In this document: positions 1 through 11,955 of the stretch, piece by piece | How positions within the stretch are numbered: the first letter of the stretch is position 1 | Layout of the letters: the number at the start of each line of letters is the position of its first letter | From: Vicugna vicugna | Lineage: Eukaryota | DNA length: 64,000 bases | Direction: 5' to 3' | Assembly: GCA_013265495.1 (NCBI GenBank) | Contig: MU063738.1 | Coordinates: 496,001-560,000, forward strand | The notes under the pieces: generated by a model | Seen by the model: the letters and a program-made list of their open reading frames with translations, nothing else | What the model was told of the DNA's origin: nothing | Databases searched by the model: none | Position numbers and translations under genes: made by a program

Positions 1-2004
1 TTCTCGCCCGTCCGCTCCCTTGCCTCCTTTCTTCCAGCTGGCGGGGGCTTCATCCAGGAAAGGAAAAAAGCAAAGAACCTGGGGAGGGACCTGCCGCGGT
101 TTGGAAACGTCCCCCGAAGCCCGGGCTGTGGGTCAGGACCCCGTGCCTGCAGGGACTGCCTCGGGGTCACAGGGGACTCAGGAGCCCTGCGGCAGCCCTG
201 AAGACTTTCCACAGCTCCCAGCCCCGCCGCCGCCTTTCCTACGGGAGGAAACTGGGACCCAGGAGGGAAGTGCTTTGTTCAAGGTCACCGCTGGTGGGAA
301 TTTGGGGTCCCCCTCGGCCCCCCCGTGGGGAGGGGTGGGGGGACAAGAGGTTGTCCTGAAGGGTGAGCTCTGAGGGGCCTCTTGCAGGCTGGGTGAGGGG
401 GCCTTCTCGCCGAGCCCCTGCCCGCCACTGCAGAAGGGTGCGATGTCTACCGCAGGGTGTCCTTGCATGCAGCCCGGGTCAGGTGTGAGCCCGGGAGCAC
501 TTGACCCTGCAATCCGCGGAGCCAGGCAACAGCTGGGGGACCCGCCCACCTGGCCGTGTGGTCAGGCTGAGAGTCGGCGGTGGGCGCCACCTGGAGGCCA
601 GTCCTGCAGCCACAGCTCAACCAGCCCCTGGCCAGACAGGCCAGCCCCGAGGCCTGAGGGGCAAGGATGGTGGCTGGAGCAGGGGCCAGCCCCGTCTCTC
701 CTGAGACTAGTCTTGGTGGCTGTGCCTCCTTCCCGGAGCCTTTTCTTTCTCTGGTCTCTAGCGCTGAGCCAAGCTCAGTGTAGAGCCAGAGCCACCGTGT
801 TCCCCACTCCTGCCACCTCCCCAGGTCCATCCCAGGTGGACATCAGCAGCCTGGAGGCCTCGGGACAGCCAACACTCCCTCCACCCTGGACTGCCAAGCC
901 CCAAGGCCCCCATACACCCCTCCCATTGTCTTCTCTCACCTCCCAGGCCCCAGGGGCTGACCAGCTGGGCCAGGTAGCCCATGGACCCTGGCCCTGGGTC
1001 TTGGATGGGTGCGGCTCTGATGGAGACAAGCCTCCAGGGAGGCCTGGGTGGTCGAGAATGGAGGCCCTGGGAGACCACAGGTGGGCTGCCTGCCCCCCAC
1101 CCCTCGCTCTGGCCCCTGCTAGACTGCAGCTCCCAGTAGTCCCCTCAGCAGTGGGGGGGTCAGGGGCCTTGCCTGCTGGAGGGTCACTGTGGGCCAACCC
1201 TGGGCTCCTGACAAACGTGGGGTCTGAGGAGGAGGGGCCCTCATCCTGGGGAGGCTCCTGACTGAGCGGGAAGCCCGGCCTCCGGTCCGCTTCCACACCA
1301 GGCCTGAGAAGGGCCCTCCCTGACCTCTGACCCCTTGCCTCTCAGGGCCTCCCGCTCTGCTTTGTCCAGGCTCTGCGTCCCCCTCCCTGGGCCCTCCACC
1401 AGGAACAACTGGGGACCAGCATTGGGCACCAGCTGTCCAGGGCCACGCAGTCCGATCAGGGGACAGACGGGCCCTGGTGAGGCCACCGGCGATCGCATCA
1501 CCACCGAACGCACTGCAGGCCTGCAGCTTGGGACAGGCTCACCCTAACCCTAACCCTCCTTTCTGTTCCTCCTCCTGGTTTTTTCCTCCCCCAAACTCCC
1601 TTGCTGCTACTCTCCTGGCTCCTGTGGGGGAGGGGAGGGGGGCAGAGAGAGCCTGGCATCTCTGACCCGAGGAGCAGCAGAGCCCCAGCACCTGCCCCTG
1701 CGGGGCTGCAGCAGGTGGAAGGTGGGCGGGCGGGAGGAAGAGGGCACGGACAAGTCCGTCCTGAGGCACACGGGGCGGGGTGGCCCTGATAGCCAGGGCT
1801 CTGAAGCCAGGCTCCCAGGACACTAGGGACTAAATGTGAGGAAGCTAGGAAACTAGAGGGCAGGGTCTGGGGACTGTGCCTGGGAGGGCCACCTGCTAGG
1901 CCCATCCCTGCTTCTGTTTCCCCCAGGCCCTTGCACTGGGCTGTTTCTTTCCTCCTGGAGAGTGGATGGACAGAATGCACTCGGCCTCAGGCTTGACCAC
2001 ATCC

Positions 2005-2010
2005 TTTATT
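2005..2010 (-). terminator. Polyadenylation signal AATAAA of PTPRV
   Basis: tttatt on + strand, about 80 nt downstream of the ancestral stop (2091-2093). Confidence 0.7.
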
Positions 2011-5000
2011 CCCCGACTCAGCCCCTTCCCAGCTTTGGGCCAAGCGTGCAGCCTGCCCTCCCGGCGGGCACAGCAGTGACCAGTGCCGACTCAGGGCAGC
2101 CCGTCCAGGGGCGCGCTGTTCAGACAGTTGTAGAGATAGATGTACTGCTGCTGGGGGCAGACACCGCGAGGACACCGCGAGGACACAGTGAGGGCACAGC
2201 AGGACAGTCTCCCTGTGCCTTCACCTGAGAGCAGTGGTCGCCAATGCCACCTGGTGGCTGCTCCTATGGCGCTGCCCAGAGGCCCCCTGCAGCTGGAGCA
2301 GGACCTTCCCTACCCTTCAACCCTTCCCAAGGCTGAGCCCCTGATCGCCTCTCATCAGAATTGGGATCATGAGGCCACAGGCCTCTGACTGCTGCAAGGC
2401 CACGGTGAAGACGTCCACGGTGCACTCAGCCCCTGCCTGCTGCAGCAGCTGGTCCATGGCCAGGAAGGTGCCCAGCTGGGCCGCACCCTTGCTGCAATTG
2501 GTTTTGAGTTGGAGGGGGGACCTTAGGGGCAAGGAGGAGGGCCAGGTACCCAGGGAGATGGGAGAACCCAGCCTGGGCCTGGGGACCAGGGAGAGACGCT
2601 AGGCACGGCCAACCAACCCCAGGCCCCAGTAGGATGGGGGCAGATTCCTGAATGATGTCAGGCTGAGTGAGGGGGGGGGGCTGTGTCCTTCTAAGCTGGG
2701 CTCAGTGGGATGTGAGGCCCTCGGGGAGGCAGTGAGGGGTTCTGCCCACTCCCCCAGTCCCCGTCCAGCAGCACCTGGAGTGGCTGAGCAGCGTGCCTGG
2801 CTTCTCCGCTTCCCGGGAGAAGCACTGGCCCACGGCGGCCAGGAAGGGCAGCAGCGTGGCAGCTGGGAGTTCCTGCCCTGGCTCCCCACGGGGAAGCTGC
2901 AGCCGCTGCACCGGCCTCTCCTTCCTGCTCCCACGCTGGGGGCACAGACCTTGGTGCTGGTGCCAGAAACCGGCTCAGGCCTGCCCTGCGGCCCCACCAC
3001 CCCAAGCCCCGCGGCCTGACGCTCACGTGTGTGACGCTGAGGAGGGTGCAGGGCCAGCCTGCCACATTGCTCTCGGCCACCCAGTTCACGGTCACTGCAC
3101 GCCCCGCGGTCACCCCTACCCACGATGGGGTGCCTCTCCGTGGGCCAGAACTCCTGTGGCTGGGACCAGACACGGCTGCTCAGCCAGGTAACCCCTCCCC
3201 GCCCAATCACACCCCACCTCAACTCCTGAGACATCCCACCCTCTGTCCCCTGTCCCCCTCACCTTCTCCTGGACGTCCGGCGGGCACAGGGAGACCAGCA
3301 CGCGGGCCCCGTGCTCCCACACCAGCTCCCACAGCTCCTCAGGCCCTCTCGGGCCAGTCAGCACCATGTGGTCGTGGCCAGAAGGCCCGCCCTGCAGAGC
3401 GCAGCTGGTCGGCCCCCCGGACTGAGGTTGTCCTCTGCCCATCTCAGCCCCAGGACCCCCAGATGACCCACCCAGGGAGCACAAACAGCCAGAGGGCACT
3501 GTCTTACGGGGAAGAGCCAGGCTTCGGGCATCTCGCCAGGGGGGCCCTCCTCCGCCGGGGGAACAGAATGGTCGTCTGAGGGACGAGGTGGGGCGTGAGG
3601 CTGCCACTGGTTTCCACCGGCCCAGGTCCCACCCACCTGCACGTCCCCTGAGTGCTCCTGCTCACAGCCAGGAGGGGTCGTAGCAGAGCCGACCTGGTCC
3701 TTGAGGGCCTGGAGCAGGAGCTGGGAGGGCAGAGCTGGTGAGGCTGGCAGGCCGCAGGGGTGCTGGCGGGAGGGCATGCCCCGCGATCACCCCCACTGGC
3801 CGGCAGCGCACCTTGTACTCCCCAGTGAAGCCAGCGTTGGTGTCAGCCGCCCTGAGAGTGCACGCCTGCACGAAGTTCCCCACGGGGATGGGCTGGGGCC
3901 TGGGGGCCTCGCGGGCAGCACGGGTGCCACCTGAGGCTCCCCAGCTTCCTGTCTTCGCGGCCCTGCTGTGGACAGGAGTCGGCGGCCTGTTGGTGAGAGG
4001 GGTGGGCCCCAGGCCTCTGGCCCCGCCCAACAAGGGCTCCTGGCGCGGCTCGTACCCAGAGGAGCTGGAGGGCCCTTCCAGGACCTTGCTCAGGAGGCAG
4101 CTGTGCAGGAAGACGTACTGGCTCTGGAGGAGGTGGGGAGAGGCCGTCCGCTGAGGGGCTGTGGCCCTGGGGGAAGATTTTCAGGCCCTAACCTGCCACA
4201 CCCAGCGGGGCAGGGGAGGGGGCATCTGGGCAGAGACTTCCCACCTCCCCTTTGGCAGAAGGGGAGACAGAAGCCCTGGTGGTCAGGTGACTGAGCCCCT
4301 CCCCAGGGCCCTTTCCTGGCCCCTCCGAGCCTGTGGCCCAGCCGTCTACCCCCATCTCCTCCCAGGGTCCGGCTGCCCGGCCTGGCCAGCTGTGCCCTCA
4401 CCGGGGTCTGGATCATGAGGGGCTGGTGCAGCCGCAGTGTGTATGCTGCGTGGAACACGTCCACCGTCTGCTCCTCCTCCAGCTGCCGCAAGAGCCTCAA
4501 CAGGGCCACGAAGGTGCCGGAGCGGCCCACGCCTGCGCTGTGGGACTGAGGCCCAGGGCGGTGAAGGGGAGCCCTCCCCGGCCCCCGCACCCCGCTGCCC
4601 GCCCTCACCTGCAGTACACCAGGAGGGGCCCCGTGCCCTGGGCGGCCCTGGCCTGCTCCTGGACCAGAGCCACGAAGGCCAGCAGGGAGCTGGGGGTCTC
4701 GGGGACGCCGTGGTCGGGCCAGGTGGTAAACTGCAGCTGCTTCACCCTCCGTGCTGGTTGCTGGGCAGCCTGGGGATGGGGCAGCAGGGGGCTTCGCTGT
4801 TTCTCCTCCCCTCCGAACCCAGGACCCCTGCAGCCCTCGCTCCCTTCATCAGAGCGAGGGCAGGCCGGGCCTCCCCACATCCAGAGCTGCCTTTGGGATG
4901 ATCAGACAGAGGGCATACCACCCCCGGAGGTCACAGCCTGGGAAGGCGGATGGGGTGCAGGCGTCTGGGGTGAGGCGGGGGCCCCGAGCTTAGCGCGGGG

Positions 5001-8000
5001 CAGGGCAGAAACCTCCCCTGCTCAGCCCGCTCTGCCTTGGACTCGCTGTGACTTCAGGTGAACCCTCAGCCTGCCCTGTGCCTCCGGGCCCCTTCCCCAG
5101 CCACCAACCTCCCCGGGAGGAAGGAAGCCAGGGGACCCAGGAGGTGAGGCCACCTCCCCCAAGGGTCTCCACTCAAATGCCCTGCCTCGCCCCGGGGCAT
5201 GCACGTGCTGCAGCTGAAACTCCTACTTGGTCCACTCCTCTTCCAGCTCCTCTGCCAGGAGGTGGACGATGATGTGCCCATGGGTGACGGAGGTGGGGTT
5301 GGCTGGTCAGTAGTGCTCACATAGCACCTACGGCCAGCAGGGGGGCGGGGGGTGAGTGTGAGCCCAGCTTCCTCCCTGCCATCCCTGCTTCATCAGCGCA
5401 GCCCTCTGCCTCCGTCACCCTGCTGAGACGCTGCTCTCTGTGCCACCTGTCCCAGAAGCCTCTCCCTGGACGGGCTCCAGCACCCTCACCCCAGGCCTCT
5501 CATGTGACCCTTAGCGCTTCCAGGCAGCTGCCAGGCTGCTGTGCAAAGCTCACGGCCTTCCTGCAGGCCAGGCCTGGCTCACTGCCCAACCCGGGGGCTC
5601 AACAGGCCTGCCCCAGGGCCCCTCATGGAGCAGGCCTGGGCGTGTTTAAGGCAATGGTGTCCTCTCTCTGCCTCCCACCCTGGGGCCCTCCTCACCCCCA
5701 TCGCCTCCAAATGCCTTTGCCTCCTGGGCTGGGGCGGGACAAGGCGGACACGAGGAGAGACAGCAGAGGCCGTGGACGCTGAGTCTGCCCAAGTCCCTGG
5801 TCCCTCTACCTGCCCCATCCTGGAAGGCCTGGGGACACCCATCCATCTCCAACCTGACCCACCCTCCTGCCCCGGGCCAGTCCTGCAGGGAGAATCCGCC
5901 ACCTGGCGTCCACTCCAGGAACTGCGGTGTGCTCACCTGCCCATTCTCCATGCCCACGGTCAGCATGATGATGATGTGGACCTGCTGCTCCCACACCAGC
6001 CTCCAGAAGTCCTCCAGGGTCTTCTTGAGGGGCCCCTGGGTGACAATGAATTCCTGCCGGTGGGTGTAGCCCTGTGAGGGGGGAGGAACACGTTAACTGG
6101 GGTCCCCAGCACCCAGCTGTAAGTGTCCCACGTGTGAGCTTAGGGAGAGAGGACTCCGTGTACAGGCGCACATGTGTGCACACACATGAACACGCGTGCA
6201 CTGACAACTTAAGCCAGGAGGGTGTCAGAGACAGCCCCACCGTGAAGGGACAATGACAAGGGACGGACGGGCCTGGAGCAGCCTCCCCAGGCCACCCTCT
6301 ACACCACCCCTTCCCACAGCAACCACATGTCTCCTCCAGGTACACCCGAGTCCCCAATCCAGCACTCAGCTCCCCCTCCAGCCAGTCCCAGTCCCCTCTC
6401 CTGCCTCGTCCCCACCCCTCCCAACCCCTGGCTCTTCTCCGGCTTCCTTCCAGCTGCACCATCCACCCCTTTTTCCTCACTTCCAGGATTCAGGAAACCA
6501 ATGCCCCCTCTACCAGGAAGTCTTCCTTGATTCCTGGGTCGACTAAACGTCTTCTTCTTCAATGTGCTCTGAGCACTACACGTGTCCCTTATTACAGCGC
6601 TTGCCACCCCACGTGATGGATGTGACACATGCATACACACACGTCCTCTGAAGCTGGGAACATGAGTGGTCTGGCTCTGCCTCTGGTGGGCCCAGCACAG
6701 TGCCCGCACAAGGCAGACCCTGAATACATGCCCGTCGTGTTGACCCAAAGAAGCACAAGCTGGTGACCCTGGTTGATAGGAGCTGCCCCTACAGCAGGAC
6801 AGTGTGTCCCGTGAGGACCCTGAGGGCGGCCCTACCGGGATGAAGCTGGCATTGACATAGTCAGAGTGGGGCTCTCCGTCCAGAGGGGCCAGCCTGACCC
6901 GGGAGTGGTCATCTGAGGACGGGAGAAGCGGTGTGCTCAGCCGGGCGCCTGCAGCCCCTCCCCGGGCCAAGCTCCAGCCCCGCCGCCCATGCCACCTGTA
7001 CTCACAGGGCAGCACGTGTGGGTAGCGGTTCTTGGCAGCGTTGGCTGGGTGCTCGGCCTCCAGCCTGGGCAGCTCCTTGCCCACCTCCTTCAGCTCCTGA
7101 AAGGTGGGGCCGAGGCAGACCCTTGTGGCCCCCATGCCAGCGAGGGGCAGTGCATCATGGAGTCCAGGGCCGCGGAGGCCTTACCTCGAACTCCTGGAAG
7201 CAAGCCTGGTGGGCATGGGCACTCTTGGCCTCATAGCTCTGCCGGAAGCTGTGGGCAGGGATGGGCCGGTGGGTCCGCCTGGGGAGAGGGAGGGAGTGGG
7301 CAGTGGCCTGGTGGGTACAGTCCTGCCCTGGGCTCTGGTGGGAGGTGGGCACAGTACCAGGGACCCCAGACCTGGCTGCACAGCCTGGCTACCTGGGCCC
7401 CAGCCCTGAAGTGAAGCCACGTAAAGGAGGTTGTCTGCACACAGCAGGGCCGCCAGCCACCCCGGCAGAAAGGTGGACAAGGGAACAGAGGGGGCAGGAC
7501 AGACAGGACCCCTACGCCCGGGGCCTGCGCACACGTGCTCACAGCGGGAGCTCCGTGTGAGGTCACCAGAAAAAGCAGGGATGACCAGAGGGTAGATGAC
7601 AGATCCGATGTTGGAGAGAAAGAAGGAAAAGGCAGCGATTTGACCTGAAACCACCCAAGTGGTTAGCCGGGACAAGGTAAGGACGGAAGGCCGGGGGTCT
7701 GGAGTAGAGGCTGGAGGGCCCAGAAGAGCTGGCTGAGGAGGGTGTGCTGGCAGCTGACGCAGGACTTGGCTGGGGGGGGGTGAGGGGTGCGGTCCCTCAG
7801 GATACAGCGCCAGGCCAGGCGGGGCCGTGCTGCTCAGCTCCTGGTCCAGGGCGGGAGCCCACTCACCACAGGTTGTAAGCAGTCCGCTTCGGGGAACTCA
7901 GCTTCTTCTCCGCCCTGCAGAGGATGAGGGGCCATGGGAGACAGCCCGGGCAGCCTCCTACAGCCCCGCTGCCCCAGCCCCACCCACTCACCTCTGCGCC

Positions 8001-8405
8001 TTCGCCCGCCTCCAGTACAGCAGGCCCAGCACCCCACAGAGGGAGAGGACGCAGCCGGCCACGATGCCCACCACTGCAGGAAGGGGCATGGCTGCCTGGG
8101 ACACACTGGCCCGGGGCTCTGCGGGAGGCAAGGGGCGGGTGAACTGGGCGACCTCAACCCTTGCCCTGCGGCAACATGCCAACCTCCCCTGGACCTGGGA
8201 CCCTCAGGGTGGAGGGCGCAGCGACAACTCCCCATCCTGCGCAAGTCCCAGGTGCCAAACCGAGGCCAGAGACGGCTGCAGGGGGCCCGTCCTGGATGGG
8301 AACTGGGAGTGGCCAGCAGCACCCCTGCCCCAGCCCCTCCTGGACTTCCTCGAGGCAAAGAAGAGGGCAGGCCTGGCCCCCTGCCTCGTGGCGGGGCTTC
8401 TGGAG

Positions 8406-8711
8406 CTGTGCTGTCCAGGACAGTGGCCGCACGCCCCTTGTGACTACACAGCAGCTCCAAGGTAAGACTTGCTGTGAGTGTCAAATGCACACAGGGCGCC
8501 AACGACTTACTGACAACAAAAGAGCGTAAAATACCTCATTAATCATTAAAAATGGGTTACATGTTGGTGTGTTATTTTTGATATCTTGGTTTAAATGAAG
8601 TGTTACTAAGATTAACTTCAACTGTTTATTTTTTAACGTAGCTACTGGGAATGTTACTTACATGTGTGGTCCCCACTTGCGGCTGGCCACCGTGTCCACC
8701 AGACAGCACTG
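8406..8711 (-). mobile_element. MER33/MER3-like hAT-Charlie MITE
   Basis: Terminal inverted ends ctgtgctgtcca...cagacagcactg and an AT-rich body matching the recalled MER33 consensus (gtaaaatacctcattaat, gctactgggaatgttacttacatgtgtgg). Confidence 0.7.
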
Positions 8712-11637
8712 TTCCAGAACCTCGGTGGCCAGGGGCAGCAGGCAGAGGGGGGCATTGCTGGAGGGAGCCAGATCCTGGCAGCAGCAAGCCGTCTCCTCGG
8801 TGCCTCCACCCATCCCAGCCCCTCAGCCCACCCCGGCCAGGGCTGCCACCAGGAGCACCCCCACCTGGCTCTGAGGCCCCAGCCCTGCTCTCCCGCCAGT
8901 GGCTGGGGATGAACCAACCCCCTCAGCACCAACCCCCACCCCCAGGACCCAGCCGGACACCAGCCAGGTGCCACCTACCTGAGAAGGCGGAGAAGGAGAC
9001 GAGGGTCTCGGGAGGGCTGTACTGGGTGAACGCCACGACACTGAACCTGGGGCAGAGGCGCAGGCCCTCCCGCTGGGGCAGAGGCGCAGGCAGCAGGCCC
9101 AGCCCTCCCAGGAGACAGGCATGAGCACCAGGCACACAGACAGTGTATCGCCCACACCTATTCGGGGCCCTGAGACTGCACAGCCAGCACCCCCCGCGCC
9201 TCTTCCTGCCCTATTCTGAGAGCAAGAGGCCCTAGAAACAGCCACCTGAGTATCCTTGGCATCAAGACAGAATCCATCCCCTTGCTTTGCAGAGGAAAGA
9301 ACCGTGGAAACAGGTGGGTGTACTCCTTTTTGCCTTGCCTACCAGGAAGCCCGATCAGAATGACTCTGCGGATGCTTCTGGAGCAGCACATGCTCTCTCT
9401 TTGCAACTCAGCCCAGCTCTTTGGTTGACAGAGGGCATAAACAACCCATAAATGCAACTGTAAAGTTCTCCTCCCATCAGCCTTGGGGTCCCCATCAGTA
9501 TCCCAGCCTCACCGATCCTGGGAACCTGGCTCGAGCTGCCCGTTACAGATGTCCTGGGTCCGGCTGCAGTCCTCCATCCCCACAGGCACCCTCCAGGAGG
9601 TCGGCACAGCCCAGGGCCCGGGGTGGAAGGGGTTGGCGAGCAGGATGGCCAAGTAGGAGTCGTGTCCTCCATAGTAGTGGTCGTACCACGTGTGGTTGAC
9701 AGCCTCCCGGGGCGGCTGAGTCACTGGGACAGGGGCCGGGACAGGGAAGGCAGAGGGGGCAGTGGGGCCATGGCCTCGCTCCCCAGCAGAGGGGCTTCCC
9801 TGTGTTTCCACGGTGCTCCCGCCGTTCATAACACAGCAGCCCCATCGTCCAGAATGTTTGGAGCTGCTTCCTGCGCCACGACTCACACCGGCCTCAGACA
9901 TTTCATCCTGCCCAGGTCAGCGCCTGGACCCCTCACCCACCCCTGCTGGGCAGCAGCCAGGGTCATCCTCCCCCTCTTGTGCCCAGGACTCACGCGACAT
10001 GCTGGTGGTGGTGATGATGCCACACCACTGGATCTGCCCGTCATCCTTGCCGAACATGCCCCGTGTGATCATCACGCCCGTCCCCAAACCGGGCTCCAGC
10101 TGGGGCGCTGGGGCCAGCTCTGGGGGGGCGCCAGGCTGGGAGGACAGGACAAGTGAGGCCCGACAGTAGCCTCCAAGGGCAGGGCCGCGCCTGCCACAGT
10201 GGCTGGCAGATGCCCTGAACCAGAACTGGGACCCCTGGGCCAGGCTCCCAGGCGTGAGCCCACAGTGGGCAATCTGCGGAAGGCCAGGGGAAGGGGCTGG
10301 AGCTCAGCGGTGCGGATGAGGATGGAGGAAGACCAAGGGAGCGGGGCTCTGAGGCCGAGGAGGGAGCCTACCCTGGGCAGACGTGGCGCACACCAGGGTA
10401 ACAGCCCGGCTGCACAGGCCATTGCTGCCCCGCACAGAGAGGCTGAGGCGGTAGGGAGTGGAGGGCTCCAGGCCAGACAGCAGCAGGGCATCCCCAGAGG
10501 TGCCGGTCTGGAAGACTGGTTGGGCACTGCCGCCGGCTGCCAGCTGCTCTGCCACCACCAGGCAGGTGTCCACGGCCCCCGGGGGCACTGTCCAGGTCAG
10601 GGTCAGACGGGTGGCCTCGGGCCGGCACTGCACGTCCTCCACGGGGTCTGGCTCTGCAGGTTTGAGGGTTCTGTGTCATGTGGGAGTCAGCGTAGCCCCT
10701 GAGGGGCTCAAAATCAGCAGGCATGGGGGACCAGGCATTTCTGGCACCTTGGATGTGGGCAGCGGCCATGTGGGGAAACAAGGTCTCCTCTGGACATGCC
10801 GCCCATCGAGAGGGAGGGGGCATTCCCAGGGCGGTGTGGGCGCAGTGCCCACCTGGACGAGCGGGGTTGGGATAGAATGGACGGCACTCGGGGCACTTTG
10901 TCCCCCCGCGACAGGCACCAACATACCCACAGGCAGCACCACATGGTGGGTGGAGGCCTGGAGTGGCCCTGCCTGGCACAGCACCGACAGGAAGAGGTTG
11001 CGTCCAGGTGTGAGGTCCCTCAGGGCCAGGTGGGCTTGGCCCAGCACCAGGGGCTGCTCCCGGGAGAGGAGCCCAGCCTCGCAGAGCTGGGCGCGGCACA
11101 CACCATGCCCCAGGGGGCCGCTGGCCCAGGCCAGGCTGACCACGGCACTGCCCACCTGCATCGACACCAGCAGCTCAACGGGCACCAGTGGGGCTGTGGG
11201 GAGGAGAGCGGTGGCCGCTGACCTCACGCAGGACTCAGGGTGCAGGTGGGGAGAGGGACTGGGGGCGCTGCGGGGCCGCTGAAGGAAGGAGCAGAGGTCC
11301 CAGAGGAGGGCCTGCCCACCACCCCCGCCACGGCCTTCCCCACTCCCACTCACACGTGCAGCCCGAGGTGTTGGCCGCCGCCCCGCAGAGAGGCCCAGCT
11401 TGCGCGACGACCGCCACCTCATACTCAGTGCCTGGAGTGAGAGCTGAGAAGCTGGCGCTGTCCACCTGCGCCCCCACAGTGCTGGAGCCCACCCGGGTGC
11501 CTGCCTGGAACAGGGTCACCTGGTAGCCATCCCGGCCCCCGGGAGCGTGGACCCAGGATGTCCGGAGCTGGGTGGGGCCTTCACTGGTCACATTTACCAC
11601 AGGAGGGGCGAGGGGGGCTGTGGGGAGAGGAGCGAGA

Positions 11638-11955
11638 TTTCAGGGGCTCAACTGTGTCCCCCCAAAATTCATGTTGACGTTCTGACCCCCAGAATGCGAC
11701 TATATTTGGAGGTAAGGCCTTTAAAGGGGCTACTGAGGTGAAACGAGGCCGTCGGGTGGGCCCTGACCCAGGGAGATTAGGACCGACACACCCAGAGGGA
11801 CTCGGGGCAGGCGGCCGTCCGCACGCCCCAGAGAGGCCTCAGGCAAAGCAGCCCTGTGACCCCTGGGTCTCAGACCGCTGCTCAGGGCAGTGAGGGCTCC
11901 AACGGCCTAAGCCGCCCACGTGGATTCGGTTCAGGCAGCTCCAGTGACCGAGGCA
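11638..11955 (+). mobile_element. MaLR solo LTR, MLT1A/B-like
   Basis: gggctcaactgtgtccccccaaaattcatgttga...gaatgcgactatatttggaggtaaggcctttaaa...gggtgggccctga matches the recalled MLT1B consensus. Confidence 0.8.

Noticed and set aside
1542-1557. CCCTAACCCTAACCCT telomere-like repeat
   Set aside because: Under three units, too short to call an interstitial telomere or fusion scar.
1-1980. LGR6 first exon, expected next by synteny, and the ORFs in this stretch
   Set aside because: No signal-peptide/LRRNT-like exon is recognisable; the ORFs are low-complexity Pro/Gly/Ala products of GC-rich DNA.
2161-2193. 11-bp unit x3 (acaccgcgagg)
   Set aside because: Small intronic slippage duplication in a pseudogene, with no predicted effect.
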